A DNA stretch of 64,000 nucleotides from Balanoglossus misakiensis (Eukaryota > Animalia > Hemichordata), in the NCBI GenBank assembly GCA_040954595.2, contig CM082578.2, positions 5,128,831 to 5,192,830 of the forward strand, given 5' to 3'. Positions 26,844 through 38,762 of the stretch are shown piece by piece. The notes under the pieces were generated by a model. That model saw only the letters and a program-made list of their open reading frames with translations, searched no databases and was not told the DNA's origin. Numbering within the stretch: position 1 is the stretch's first letter; the number at the start of each line of letters is the position of its first letter. A program made the position numbers and the translations under genes.

Positions 26844-29800
26844 ATAAAGACATGCAGTAATTGAAAAACGTGGTAGTATTATATCGGGCTTTATAGTATG
26901 TCGAATATGTAAACCACACAGAACTTACCCCTCCCCCCCCCCACCTAAACCGAAACCAAGTCTTATACATGTATACATAAGGCCAAAACAATGATTCCGG
27001 TCATTATTTTTCCCAAAACTGGGTGGCTACAAGGCGTTCTTTTCCCGCATTCCCTAGTTGATCAAGTTAACATGACAAACTGGAAAAGGTCGACGCGGGG
27101 GTTTGACCAGAAATAGCTGTGTTTTAGCCTTTTATGCTAAATGATAGGGGTGGACCTAGTCCCACTAAGCAGCTATGATCATGATAAACACCACTCACTG
27201 CATGGGAAGGGAGGGGATATGTCCATATGAGAGATATATAAGTATGTTCTACTCGATTGAATCCGATTTTAGCATTCATTAGGTCTAAAACACTTTTATT
27301 AGAGGTTTGGTTGAAATTACTTAAAACTTTGGTTTGAGGTCGAAAATCTCGAAAACGTTGGTTTAGGCCTACATCATACATGTAGAAAGGTGTGCAATTT
27401 TAAACAGGAGTGGACGAAACACGCACGCGCACACCCGAAATTCCTGAGGACCCGCTCCGGGCGCGCGTATGTGTTGAGGTTGTCAACCGGGTAAAATATT
27501 GTAAACACCGTTTGTGGTTGAAGTATGTGACCTGCAATCCCTCGCCCTTGCCCGGCCCTGTAACCACTTCAGGTCGACAGAGGAACGCGGAAGATGTAAA
27601 CGACGAACTCTGCCCCAATGCTATTTGCCGTGTAACAGCGGTGAAACTACCGCTGCGTCATGAACTAAAGAACGCGGCCGTCACGTGTTGGAAGACTCCT
27701 CAAAAGTCCAGATTACAAAATCTCGATAGACCATGTTTTGAAAGCGCCATCGCAATGATGTCCACCATGCCCTGACCATGCACGAACTCTTATATAAAGT
27801 GACCTTTAGGCTGCATTCACAAACACCTCTGGAGGGGGGGGCGGGAGAATTGAGGGGGGGGATTTGAAAAAATTGAGGGTATGTGAGGGGGGGGATTTGA
27901 AATAATTTAGGGACTGAAAGGGGGGGACTTGAAAACTTTAACGACTAAATATTTATTTTGAGTCCACAAAAATGCAGTTTCGCGCCCTTTATTTTACAAA
28001 ATTTTCTCATGTGGGAGGGGGACACCCCCTCCCACACCCACCCCCTCCATTCATCAACACCTTTCAATCATTGACTGGTTTATCTAGTGTCCCAGGTCAG
28101 GGGACTTGCCCCACCCCATGATAACTTTGAGCGCCGACGGTTAAATTTGTCCTCCCCAACATACCTGTAGTTGAGTTAATTTGCTTTTGCCGGGTTCATT
28201 AAAATGCAGCTTTGAGCTCTGTATTTTAGAAAATTTTCTTACGTGGGAGGGGGACACCCCCTCCCAAACCCACCCCCTTCAATTCTCGGTTTACAAAGTC
28301 TCCAAACACAGAATACAAATATATGTACTTAAAAAATAAAAACAATGTTCAGTTTTAATACCCACTGATGAGGGGAAACATCAGTTTCAAAATTCTTTTC
28401 ATGGGAGCGCTGTTTTTCTTTTTACAAGATAGATAGGTGATGTGTTTTGCTCTGTGAAAGACAATGGGGGGGGGGGATTTCAAAATTTTGGCAGTTCGGA
28501 AGGGGGGGATTTGAAAATATTGGCAGTTCGGAAGGGGGGCATGTGAAAATTAGCGGTAAAAAAAATTGAATTCTCCCGCCCCCCCCTCCAGAGGTGTTTG
28601 TGAATGCAGCCTTACCCGACAAAGTTTGCTCTGCCTGGACACTGGTTCGGGGGCAAGACAGGCAACCTGCAACACCCGGCCCGCGGACCACTGAGTTGTA
28701 CATGTCGCAATGTCGTGGGAGGGTATACGGTCAATGAATTTGGGAAGGGGGTGTAAAATGTAGCCTAGAGAGATCTTGGTCAAAATGGGATGACGCCCAT
28801 AGCTATGTGTATACCTGGTGCTGACATGGAACTGAAAACGTTTAAGTCAGGTGATTTTGATATCGGTTTTATGCAGTTGAATGAAACAAAACTAAATTTG
28901 GTTTCATACAAAGTTACTGGTATACCGTTGATGCGGCAGGTCGGTCAGACTAGCCTATATGTTAAAAACAAGGTCGAGCAACCCTCGTTGCCATTACTTT
29001 TTTTTTCTCGAACCACCCACTCATCAATTCCCGTTTCGTTCATTGAAACAAGTCGGGGGTATAAAGACATGCAGTAATTGAAAAACGTGGTAGTATTATA
29101 TCGGGCTTTATAGTATGTCGAATATGTAATCCACACAGAACTTACCCCCCCCCCCCCACCTAAACCGAAACCAAGTCTAAATACATAAGGCCAAAACAAT
29201 GATTCCGGTCTTTATTTTTTCCCAAAACTGGGCGGCTACAAGGCGTTCTTTTCCCGCATTCCCTAGTTGATCAAGTTAACATGACAAACTGGAAAAGGTC
29301 GACGCGGGGGTTTGACCAGAAATAGCTGTGTTTTAGCCTTTTATGCTAAATGATAGGGGTGGACCTAGTCCCACTAAGCAGCTATGATCATGATAAACAC
29401 CACTCACTGCATGGGAAGGGAGGGGATATGTCCATATGAGAGATATAAGTATGTTCTACTCGATTGAATCCGATTTTAGCATTCATTAGATCTAAAACTA
29501 AACACTTTAGAGGTTTGGTTGAAATTAGATAAAACCTTGGTTTGAGGTCGAAAATTTCGAAAACGTTGGTTTAGGCCTACATGTATAGAAAGGTGTGCGA
29601 TTTTAAACAGGAGTGGACGAAACACGCACGCGCACACCCGAAATTCCTGAGGACCCGCTCCGGGCGCGCGTATGTGTTGAGGTTGTCAACCGGGTAAAAT
29701 ATTGTAAACACCGTTTGTGGTTGAAGTATGTGACCTGCAATCCCTCGCCCTTGCCCGGCCCTGTAACCACTTCAGGTCGACAGAGGAACGCGGAAGATGT

Positions 29801-30459
29801 AAACGACGAACTCTGCCCCAATGCTATTTGCCGTGTACTAACCGCGGTGAAACTACCGCTGCGTCCTGAACTAAAGAACGCGGCCGTCACGTGTTGGAAG
29901 ACTCCTCAAAAGTCCAGATTACAAAATCTCGATAGACCATGTTTTGAAAGCGCCATCGCAACTATGTCCACCATGCCCTGACCATGCACGAACTCTTATA
30001 TAAAGTGACCTTTACCCGACAAAGTTTGCTCTGCCTGGACTCTGGTTCGGGGGCAAGACAGGCAACCTGCAACACCCGGCCCGCGGACCACTGAGTTGTA
30101 CATGTCGCGATGTCGTGGGAGGGTACACGGTCAATGAATTTGGGAAGGGGGTGTAAAATGTAGCCTAGAGAGATCTTGGTCAAAATGGGATGACGCCCAT
30201 AGCTATGTGTATACCTGGTGCTGACATGGAACTGAAAACGTTTAAGTCAGGTGATTTTGATATCGGTTTTATGCAGTTGAATGAAACAAAACTAAATTTG
30301 GTTTCATACAAAGTTACTGGTATACCGTTGATGCGGCAGGTCGGTCAGACTAGCCTATATGTTAAAAACAAAGTCGAGCAACCCTCGTTGCCATTACTTT
30401 TTTTTTCTCGAACCACCCACTCATCAATTCCCGTTTCGTTCGTGGAAACAAGTCGGGGT
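26844..30459. repeat. Head-to-tail tandem duplication of a ~1.4-kb non-coding unit
   Basis: Unit 1 is 26844-29060 (includes the 803-bp MITE plus TSD) and unit 2 is 29061-30459. Both start ATAAAGACATGCAGTAATTG and end GAAACAAGTCGGGG(G)T, with only scattered differences. Confidence 0.95.
27809..28611. mobile_element. PIF/Harbinger (Tourist-like) MITE, copy 2 (~803 bp)
   Basis: Same TIRs and interior as 741-1544. TTA TSD at 27806-27808 and 28612-28614. Empty site GACCT-TTA-CCCGAC in the sister unit at 30007-30020. Confidence 0.95.
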
Positions 30460-32027
30460 AGAGAGGGATACGAAACTGTTTTTATGTGGTTATAACTTAG
30501 GGCATATAGCAAGATGCTGTAACACTTCTCGGGAACCGACTTCAGTTAAATTGAACAAACAGGAATAAGCTGATGGACACTTGCACCAAATATATCCTAA
30601 AACTACATTGTAGTACTTTGGTCTTTAACATGATACACGTGATAGGGACATATTCTTATCCGCCGGGAACAAGTGTCCTTCAAGTTTTCTCCATTTCCCG
30701 GGACAAAAACATCCCGGATATAAGTAACTATTTCAGGATGGAATACAAGGGATGTATGTTATATTTGGTTAAAGGATGTTTATCGTGCCGTGTTAACTTT
30801 CATGCACTTGATAATATCACGCATACTATATGACCCGTTACGTGATTCCGAGTTTTAAAAAAAAAACTGGTACACCTTCACTCCAAAAAAGTAATATCAC
30901 AATGATTTGCACTCGCATAGAAATTACTAGTACTGATGCATGACAATAGTTGTCATGGTTACGACGAAATCAGAACAACAGCTGTTATTGAGGTCGTAGG
31001 CATATATCTGAGTCAATCACAATGAAAAATATAGGCAATTCAAAAGATTTTTAAATTCGTTTAGTGAAGATCCGATTTTTAACAACTTTGACTGCTCTTT
31101 TGTTTTCACTGGGTGAACAGGCATGATGTTGCTATGCCAATTTCTGTAGCCCGACACGTTGCAAAGTGGCAGGTTCCCTAATCGTGATTCTGCTGAAAGG
31201 GCCGCAAAAGTTCGTGACTCTCTGGGTTCAACAGTCGTGATCTGCCCGGTGACCCCAATAGACACGACCTTTTTTTCTATTTGATAGGCGCCTGGTGTGA
31301 ACAAAAGAACATCGCCAGAAAGAAACATAGCACGGTTGCCATAGTCCCAGGCTCAAATTGACACACGTTGTCACCATCATCACCATAGTATTATCATCCC
31401 CGTTATCATCTTCATCACCGACAACAAAAAAATCAACAGGTATGCACAACTTCCACAAGTCATTGCATTATCCGTAAATTTCCAATTTGCTACGTACTGC
31501 CATAAGTACAAGGTTGGCGTCCCGCGGTTGGCGTGGCATTGTCAGAATGTCACTAGACTTTCTCATGAACATGTTCTCAAGATTTTGGTTGCCTTTCCGA
31601 CTTTTTGCCAAATCATCATGACACCGTGGGAGAAATAAGACGACGCATGCTTTCTGTAGGCTGGATATTGTCATCGATACCCATAATTCACAGTGGTTCG
31701 CCGGCTGTGGGCACTGGCCTGTATCTGGGGCATAGGCACTTTTTGCGCAGTTTGAACTTTGGTCGGGTTAGTGACCGACAGTTGGAACACGATGTGTAGT
31801 GTAGGGCCAACCAGTACTAGTTGCATTGAGCTGTTTGCAGTGCGTATAAACTTGACTAAATGCTATAATCGAACTTTTCGTGGCAGCGAGACACACTGGC
31901 GAATTTAACAAAACCTGCATGCTTCGACATATGTACAAATTAAGGGAAAACGCCGGTTTTCCATAGGTTACATATGCCGCGCGCTGCACACTGACGGCAG
32001 ATCAGGTCATAGACCCATACATTGCTC

Positions 32028-32312
32028 ATTTGCATCTGAAAAGTGGTCACCACAGCAACTTTCATTCTGGCGACCAATAGAACTCTGTGGGAAAGAAGGC
32101 GGGCTTCTATTCAAATCAAATACCTGTGCGGACTTTTTCCCATTGTGTAACGTCTCGGGCTATAAATAGACCATATATAAGCTCATCGGGAGCTCTAACT
32201 CGCAGAAGACGTCAACTGGCACTAGATCAAGCCGGTGACGCAGTTACCTTGTACCCTCAACTTTCTACCTGCGGCTGACTCACTCTCACGTGACTTGGGT
32301 CACCAGGTACGG
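32028..32312 (+). promoter_or_regulatory. Orphan TATA promoter-like module followed by a splice donor
   Basis: Octamer ATTTGCAT 32028, CCAAT 32074, TATAAATA 32161, TATATAA 32174, AP-1 TGACTCA 32276, E-box TCACGTGA 32286, donor CAG|GTACGG at 32306/32307. Confidence 0.4.
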
Positions 32313-34510
32313 AACGTAAATAAAAACATAAACACAGTCATAACAAATTCGTCGTTCGGGCAAATTCCCAGGGACGGGTGGGTGGCGCCCACCGGTACCG
32401 TGAGAAAATAGCTGGCCAGCTCGTACAGGTTGGCTCGATCGTGCGTCATGCCGGAGACATGACCGCGTGACAGTCACATGACCAAAACACGGTCGGATGA
32501 TACATTGCAAGTCAGCGCAAACCTTGGAGATAAGCAAGCGGACAAGATATTGAATTTTACGCAATTTCTACGCGTAATCAATTATTTTTAAACCACACGC
32601 ACATTGTAGTGGTTATGATAATAATCCGTAATTATTTCTCACTTTTCCCACACTATATATGCTTTTGTTTTAGAGGTACATTGGAGGGACTGTGGAAAAG
32701 GGCGTCGATAAGCTGGTTCGAGTTTCATATTCCCCATGTGATCTCTAACATTGCAAATCGCGACCTTTCGCGTTTGCCTTGGTATTAACTGACTGGTTTG
32801 ATGTGAATACCCTGCATGCCGCAGACATGCGAATTTTATGAATGACGACTTCGATTATTTTTGTTCGGCTAAATATAATAGCTCTCAGTCCATTTCTGGC
32901 TTGGTGGAATTTCACGATAGCGTGCGTGGAATTCCCTGACGCACGAGCATTCCGATCGTCAGATGATCATGAATGATGAGAAAATGCGAAAATTATCACG
33001 AGTAATTAGATGGGGGCACTGCGCTCTGTCGTCTGGTGGGACCCAGACAACAAGTGGATAGTTTATCTAAGCTGCTCGCGATGGAACCTAAAAGTAACTG
33101 CGGAATATTTTTCGGTGACTCCGTAACACTTTCGTAGTTACTGATGGAAGCACATCATTTTCACGACAAAAAATTGCAGGCGCACATTGTCGACGGCTGC
33201 GTTCATTATAGACCCTACATCAGCATCAGTTTCATAACAACGGTTTGTTTTCGAAACGAGAGTAAAATTTCTTCGTCTGAGGGGGTAGGCCCCTAAATAC
33301 ATCAAAATAAAGGTGCATAGCAAAATCCCAACAAATTTCCATATGACACAGGGTTTCGCTTCTCACAGTCGAGGATGGGAATTCGAATTAATCAAACATT
33401 CCCACCGATATGATTTGAATAAATCCCCGCCGCTAATGAATTCTTAATAATTCACATCAGGTAATTGAAAAGTAGTCCGGGCACTTGGTTTCCATGTGAG
33501 AACAGGGAATTTTCTAGTCTAAGCCTGCCCGACCGTAGACGCAATACCTTTTGCTGTCGCTATGGCGATGTCTCATGTACGTCTGACAGTCACGTGATTG
33601 TGTGTTTACGTTCGTCTCGGGGTTGTTTCCAAGTCGCGCAATTGCACAAGCCTTTATTACGTAGTTCTTCACAGTGGATTGACGTTTACGGCTACAAAAT
33701 ATTTTTCTTTTACAGTTCCAGAACGTTCCTTTTGGCTACTTAGTATTTCAGACAACAGACGGGTTCGCAATTTTTTTTCGGCGCGTATGTCAGGCTTTCC
33801 GGTTTTACCAGGATACGGCCGCGGCATTTCTTGTTTTGCTGGGCTATGTTGCCGCATTGCGGAGAATAATGGTTTGTGATGCACGCTAGCTATAGTCTGT
33901 CCAGACATACACATATCGCATTGTTCGTCATTCTGTATTTTGGTCGTCGCCATAGACCTCTGCCTCACGGTATGAATACAATGTAATGCGCAGACAGAGA
34001 TGCTTGGGAAATAAACACTTCCCGGCTTTGTTGTTGTGGGTTACTAAGTGGGCGTGTGTCACTTGCTTCTCCGTTGTGTCGCACGTAAATTGAAGCTGAA
34101 CATGGCCATGGTTTTTAGTGAAGCGTGGCGTCATAACCAAAACAATGTCGACATAAGGCTTATAGCACATGATACATGTAATTAAAATTTAGAAGTGTCG
34201 CATTTATGACGTTGCGCATTGGTATTGTGAAAGGTCAACAGTAGGTAACAATGCATTGTAACACCGCCGCGTCTAAATACTGCGTCCATCACCAATGCCA
34301 CCACTGGCACCAATTTCAAATTTTGCCATAATTGTAAACATACCAAGAAGCGCGATAATAGGATAACCTCTGTTAATTTTTTTTTCAGAAGGAGTTGTTT
34401 CAAACGACAAAAACATTCGCCTTTGCTTTAATGTTATCATGTTATTATATTACAAAACACTGAGTGAGAGTGAGGCCACTCGGACAAAGGGTTGTTGACC
34501 GACAGAATCG

Positions 34511-34550
34511 TGGCCTGGTCTCCATACCAGTGTTTTTTTAGACCAGGCAA
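34511..34550. mobile_element. 40-bp internally deleted derivative of the 89-bp hairpin MITE
   Basis: TGGCCTGGTCTCCATACCAGTGTTTTTTTAGACCAGGCAA flanked by perfect ACAGAATCG repeats (34502-34510, 34551-34559). Confidence 0.8.
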
Positions 34551-34653
34551 ACAGAATCGATACTCACACACCAACATTAGTACATGTAATTGAAAAGTAG
34601 GCGACAGAATATAAGACATTTACGTATATTACACACAAATATATACGCATGTA

Positions 34654-34692
34654 TACATACACACACACACACACACACATACTTACACACAC
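34654..34692. repeat. (CA)n microsatellite
   Basis: Directly visible. Confidence 0.9.
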
Positions 34693-36765
34693 ATGTACTG
34701 GAGATAGGGAGAGGAACACACAGTTGCCACCCATGCATCTAGCGCGCCACAAAAGGTAAATTTGACTCTGTTGCCAATGGCCCCCAGATATAAACAGAAA
34801 ACAACATTACAGCAACAAGCAAGTCTCAAGAATCGACACAGACAAAGGAGCAGCCTCTGTGTTATCATCGACAATTCGGTCGAGTATAGATAGATACTGT
34901 CATATACGATTCCTCAGATAGAAATATCGTCATGAGAAATAAGAGTTTGTAAATTTTCATAAACAATTGCTGCGGCAGCAATTTTTGAATTCAAATGAAA
35001 TGTTGACGTGAAAGCGGGAAATGAACCGCGTAGTCGCTCGATTCCTACGAAGTGTGTTACTGCCCTTAGCAACCGTGACATCCGTAGCTATGGTAACCAA
35101 TGTCTTCGGCAGCCATCTTGAACCAGCCTGCATTATTCTTACATATTAGGGACAAAACTTATAAAACGCTAAGTTTGAGAAATCGGTTACAACAACATGC
35201 AAATAGGTTCCCTCGGAGATTGTACTGCAAAGATTATCGATTTGTGCAATCATTTTTTTTAATTCTTTGATGACTCATATTGGAAAATAGGCCTATACAC
35301 TGTTGGCTAATCGCACTTTCTCACTGTCTGGGCTACTACAAAGCTTGCATCATTGGGCAAACCAGGGTTCTGCTATTACCGATCAATGTTGTACTATATT
35401 GCCAAAACCATAAAATATTTATCCTATTTTTCCCAACACTGGGCGATATACATGGATAAGCTATTTCATTTGGTGTTGCTAATGATTCCCAAAATAGCTC
35501 GGTCTGTTTGTCTGTTTCCGTGGCGTTTTCTTCAAGTTGCGCGCCGCCGGCTATAAGCTTTGTGGTATAGGCTACTTTAGGCTTAAAAGTTTCCAAACAC
35601 GCTCGTTGACGCAGCAGATTTTAGTCGCTCATTCATTCATTCACAAACGGCTGGTGCAAATCGTGACATGGCAGTACAAATAGCGGTGGCGTGTTTGTGG
35701 CGAGATCTCTCCAAGTCAACCAGTCAACATACAACTACGTCACAGTTGCGTAATGTTATCAGTGACGTAAACCACCATGTCCAAATCTACAAACTCACCG
35801 TGACAATATATAACACGAGTTTTTTTCTACCTTTGACCCATCGTCACGTTTCTGACATAGTTGATTCACGATCACGGTCCCTCCGCAACCGTGCTCCACA
35901 CCTGTAGTTACCATGGGTGATGTAACCATGGTATTTTGCGTCTATTCATTAATTTCGCCTTACCCAGTCACCTTTGTGATACCTTTGTTCGCTCAAAGCT
36001 AATTGTCTGTGACTTCACTACTTTACTTTCAAGTCCACTAAAGGCCTACTGACTGTGTGTGGCCATTTACATGGACACCGTGTTACATCTCTAAAGCCAA
36101 AAGCAAAGACGTGGTTCTGGTCATGACTTTTTTTCAAAAAATGGGGCGACGATGCGAATTTCGTTTTTTCTCCTCTTCTTTGTTTTACTTGGGTTAAAAA
36201 TTTTCAACTTTCCAAGCAGTTTTGCTATATCCCTGTATGAGTTTTAAAGCAGCAATTGGTCATGCGTTTTAGCAAATTTCGTCTTCACTCACGCCGTGGA
36301 AAAAAGGCGGAAAAAGGTCGACGCGGGAACTTCCAAGTGACGCGCGCGCTGACCAGAACCATTTCTTCTTTTTTTGCCCTAAACTGTTCCGTATATAATT
36401 GCCGTAAAAACCCCACATTTCTTTGTGATCGGACTACGGGTACCATACTGGAACTGGCATGGAAAAATCAAACAAATGTCAAAAGTTATAATTAACTAAA
36501 AGCAAACAAATGTTTTGCGGGCCACGGGAGTGGTACAAAAAAGTACGATGTGATGCGATCATAGACAACCTTCTTTTTATAAAGCGCATTGTTGATCAAC
36601 CTTAACCACGAAGTTATTTTCACACAACACAAATGCATGTCGTTAAATTGGTGGAACACTTCCGTGTTGATGAAAATCTGTGCATTTAAAGGGGGTTTCC
36701 CTTCTGTTTATTTCACTCGTTGACGTGACTTCCGTTCAGACTGAACTGACGATGTCCACAACGTT

Positions 36766-36839
36766 CATCATCATCATCATCACCACCACCACCACCATCA
36801 CCATCACCACCACCACGTGACACCACCACCACCACCACC

Positions 36840-36871
<32 letters not shown>
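36766..36871. repeat. Compound (CAT)/(CAC) trinucleotide repeat with a central GTGA interruption
   Basis: 17 triplets + GTGA + 17 triplets, flanked by CAACGTT on both sides. Confidence 0.92.
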
Positions 36872-36873
<2 letters not shown>

Positions 36874-38289
36874 ACGTTGATGTTGCTGATGCTGGTGCAT
36901 GGTGACGAACACAAAAGGAGGATTTGACTCAGCGTTTTTGTATAATTAGCCTAATTAATTTACGGGTTCTAATTAAAATTTTGGATTCAGCTGGAGTGAA
37001 ATATTTTGAGTCTTTTGTCTTGTTGGAAATCGTGCAGAAACAGAAATTTATTTAATTTGTGTTGTCACGCAAATCACGGTGGAGGAGCATGTAGACCACC
37101 CCAGGTGGACCGTGGCCGCCGGCTGGATACAACTCGTTCAAGGGGACAGTCCCGCGGCTGGCCGCAGGTCACTGTAGCTCGGGCTGATCCATAGAAACGG
37201 GCAGCGATCATGATTTCTCCGAAGGCAACAAAGAAAGGACATAGTTCGCATACCACGTATGTCATGTCCCCTATGCACCGACTGCAGTCTGGACGCAATG
37301 CAAATTTAAAGTATTTGAACAACCGATTGATATGTAAACACAAGAATGGCCGGACAAAGGTTAGTCGTGAATAACGATTGTGCTGGTAGTACAATAGGAG
37401 ATTTGTGCGGCCACCACCACGCTTGCCACGCCATGTCTGCAACATGCATTGGCACTGCTCAAACATGACAGTTTGCATGGTTTGACTCTTTCGTGTTCCA
37501 TAATGTAATTAATTAACCATTGACATCATAATCGCCGGCAAAATTAGGACTTTTGCTTCGATTAGCAGTAAAATGAAACTATTATATTGACACGTTATTT
37601 TTAATTTTCAGCCCGGGCAAATATTCGCTATGAAACATTGTAGTGATTGTTTTAAACTACGATTTTTTTTAAAGATATTTTAAAAAATCCTTGAGCATTT
37701 TTGCGCTTATACGACATGTAAATACTGAACTGAGACAGAAATGCTGAATAATTATTACTTGGCCTCGAACCAGACAGCACGTTGTTGTGCATTCTAACCT
37801 TTCACTGACATGATCTCCAATCCAAAGTCTAGTACTGTACCACGCGCAATTTATCGCACACTTCACCAAAATATAAAATGCGTGATTTAAATTTAACTTG
37901 TAATGTGGTTCGGAAAATAAATCATTGAGAAATCCTGTAATATTAAAACGTGTCTTTTACTTGCGAACATTTTAATTCACCACACTGAACATTACTATCG
38001 TTGGTTAATAAAAGATTGATCGCATCGTGACCTGGTCTACTCAGTCAGCGGCATAGTACTGTTTATGGCCGAGTGCCAAATGTATTCAAATTAGCTCTCT
38101 GTGGTTGCCGCTCTCAGACTACTTCTGGCACCTTTCTATTCAAGAGATTTCGCGGGATTATTTTTACGATTTTTTCATTGGCTGCAGATTTTATGCAAAT
38201 CATCACAGAAAATAATTGACAGGACGATATCGCGGGAACTGCACATCTTCTCTCTTATTGGACATATCCAAGGCGCGGTCCATATGGCT

Positions 38290-38762
38290 TAATTCTGATT
38301 GGCCAATTCAACTCTCAGGAATGTCTGATACACTGTCGAAAGGTCAAAGAGACACACCGTGGCTTGTTACCATGCATTCCTCCGCTTAAAAATAGTGCAA
38401 ACGTCTGAAAACAGATATTTTTTCAGAAAATTGCCCATATGCCTAAAAAGTTTTGCACAGTCAAATGAAAATGTATAATTGGTCATATCCTTGAATTTGG
38501 GAAAATTTGGTTGTCAGAAAATATAAATGCGTAGGGCTAAATTCACGTGATCTTGGCTCAATGCCAGCACATGTTGCGGACTGATACGCAGCCATGTGAA
38601 CAGTCCCCGGCACAACAGACGTTACAACAAATCGTAGTAAAATTCATAAACATTAGTACGTTCTGAGAGTGAACACACCCGAAGCCGAGCAGCGCGAATT
38701 TGCTCCCTATTGGGTTTCTACTAGATACTTCCAGATACAGCCAGGTGCAGATACATTATATA
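38290..38762 (+). promoter_or_regulatory. Putative PIM proximal promoter / 5' leader
   Basis: Back-to-back ATTGG/CCAAT near 38298-38306, TATAAAT 38522-38528 and TCACGTGA 38543-38550, upstream of the ATG at 38763. Confidence 0.45.

Noticed and set aside
27410-30495. Duplicated 121/122-aa and 95/101-aa ORFs in the tandem units
   Set aside because: No recognisable domain. Differences between copies include amino-acid changes, and their recurrence is explained by the duplication itself.
36766-36871. Poly-histidine coding exon
   Set aside because: The central 4-nt GTGA breaks the frame and there are no convincing splice sites.
38673-38762. CUG-initiated N-terminal extension of PIM, as in mammalian PIM1/PIM2
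   Set aside because: The frame is open for 30 codons upstream (TGA at 38670-38672) but has no in-frame CTG, only TTG/GTG/ATT-type codons; not supportable.
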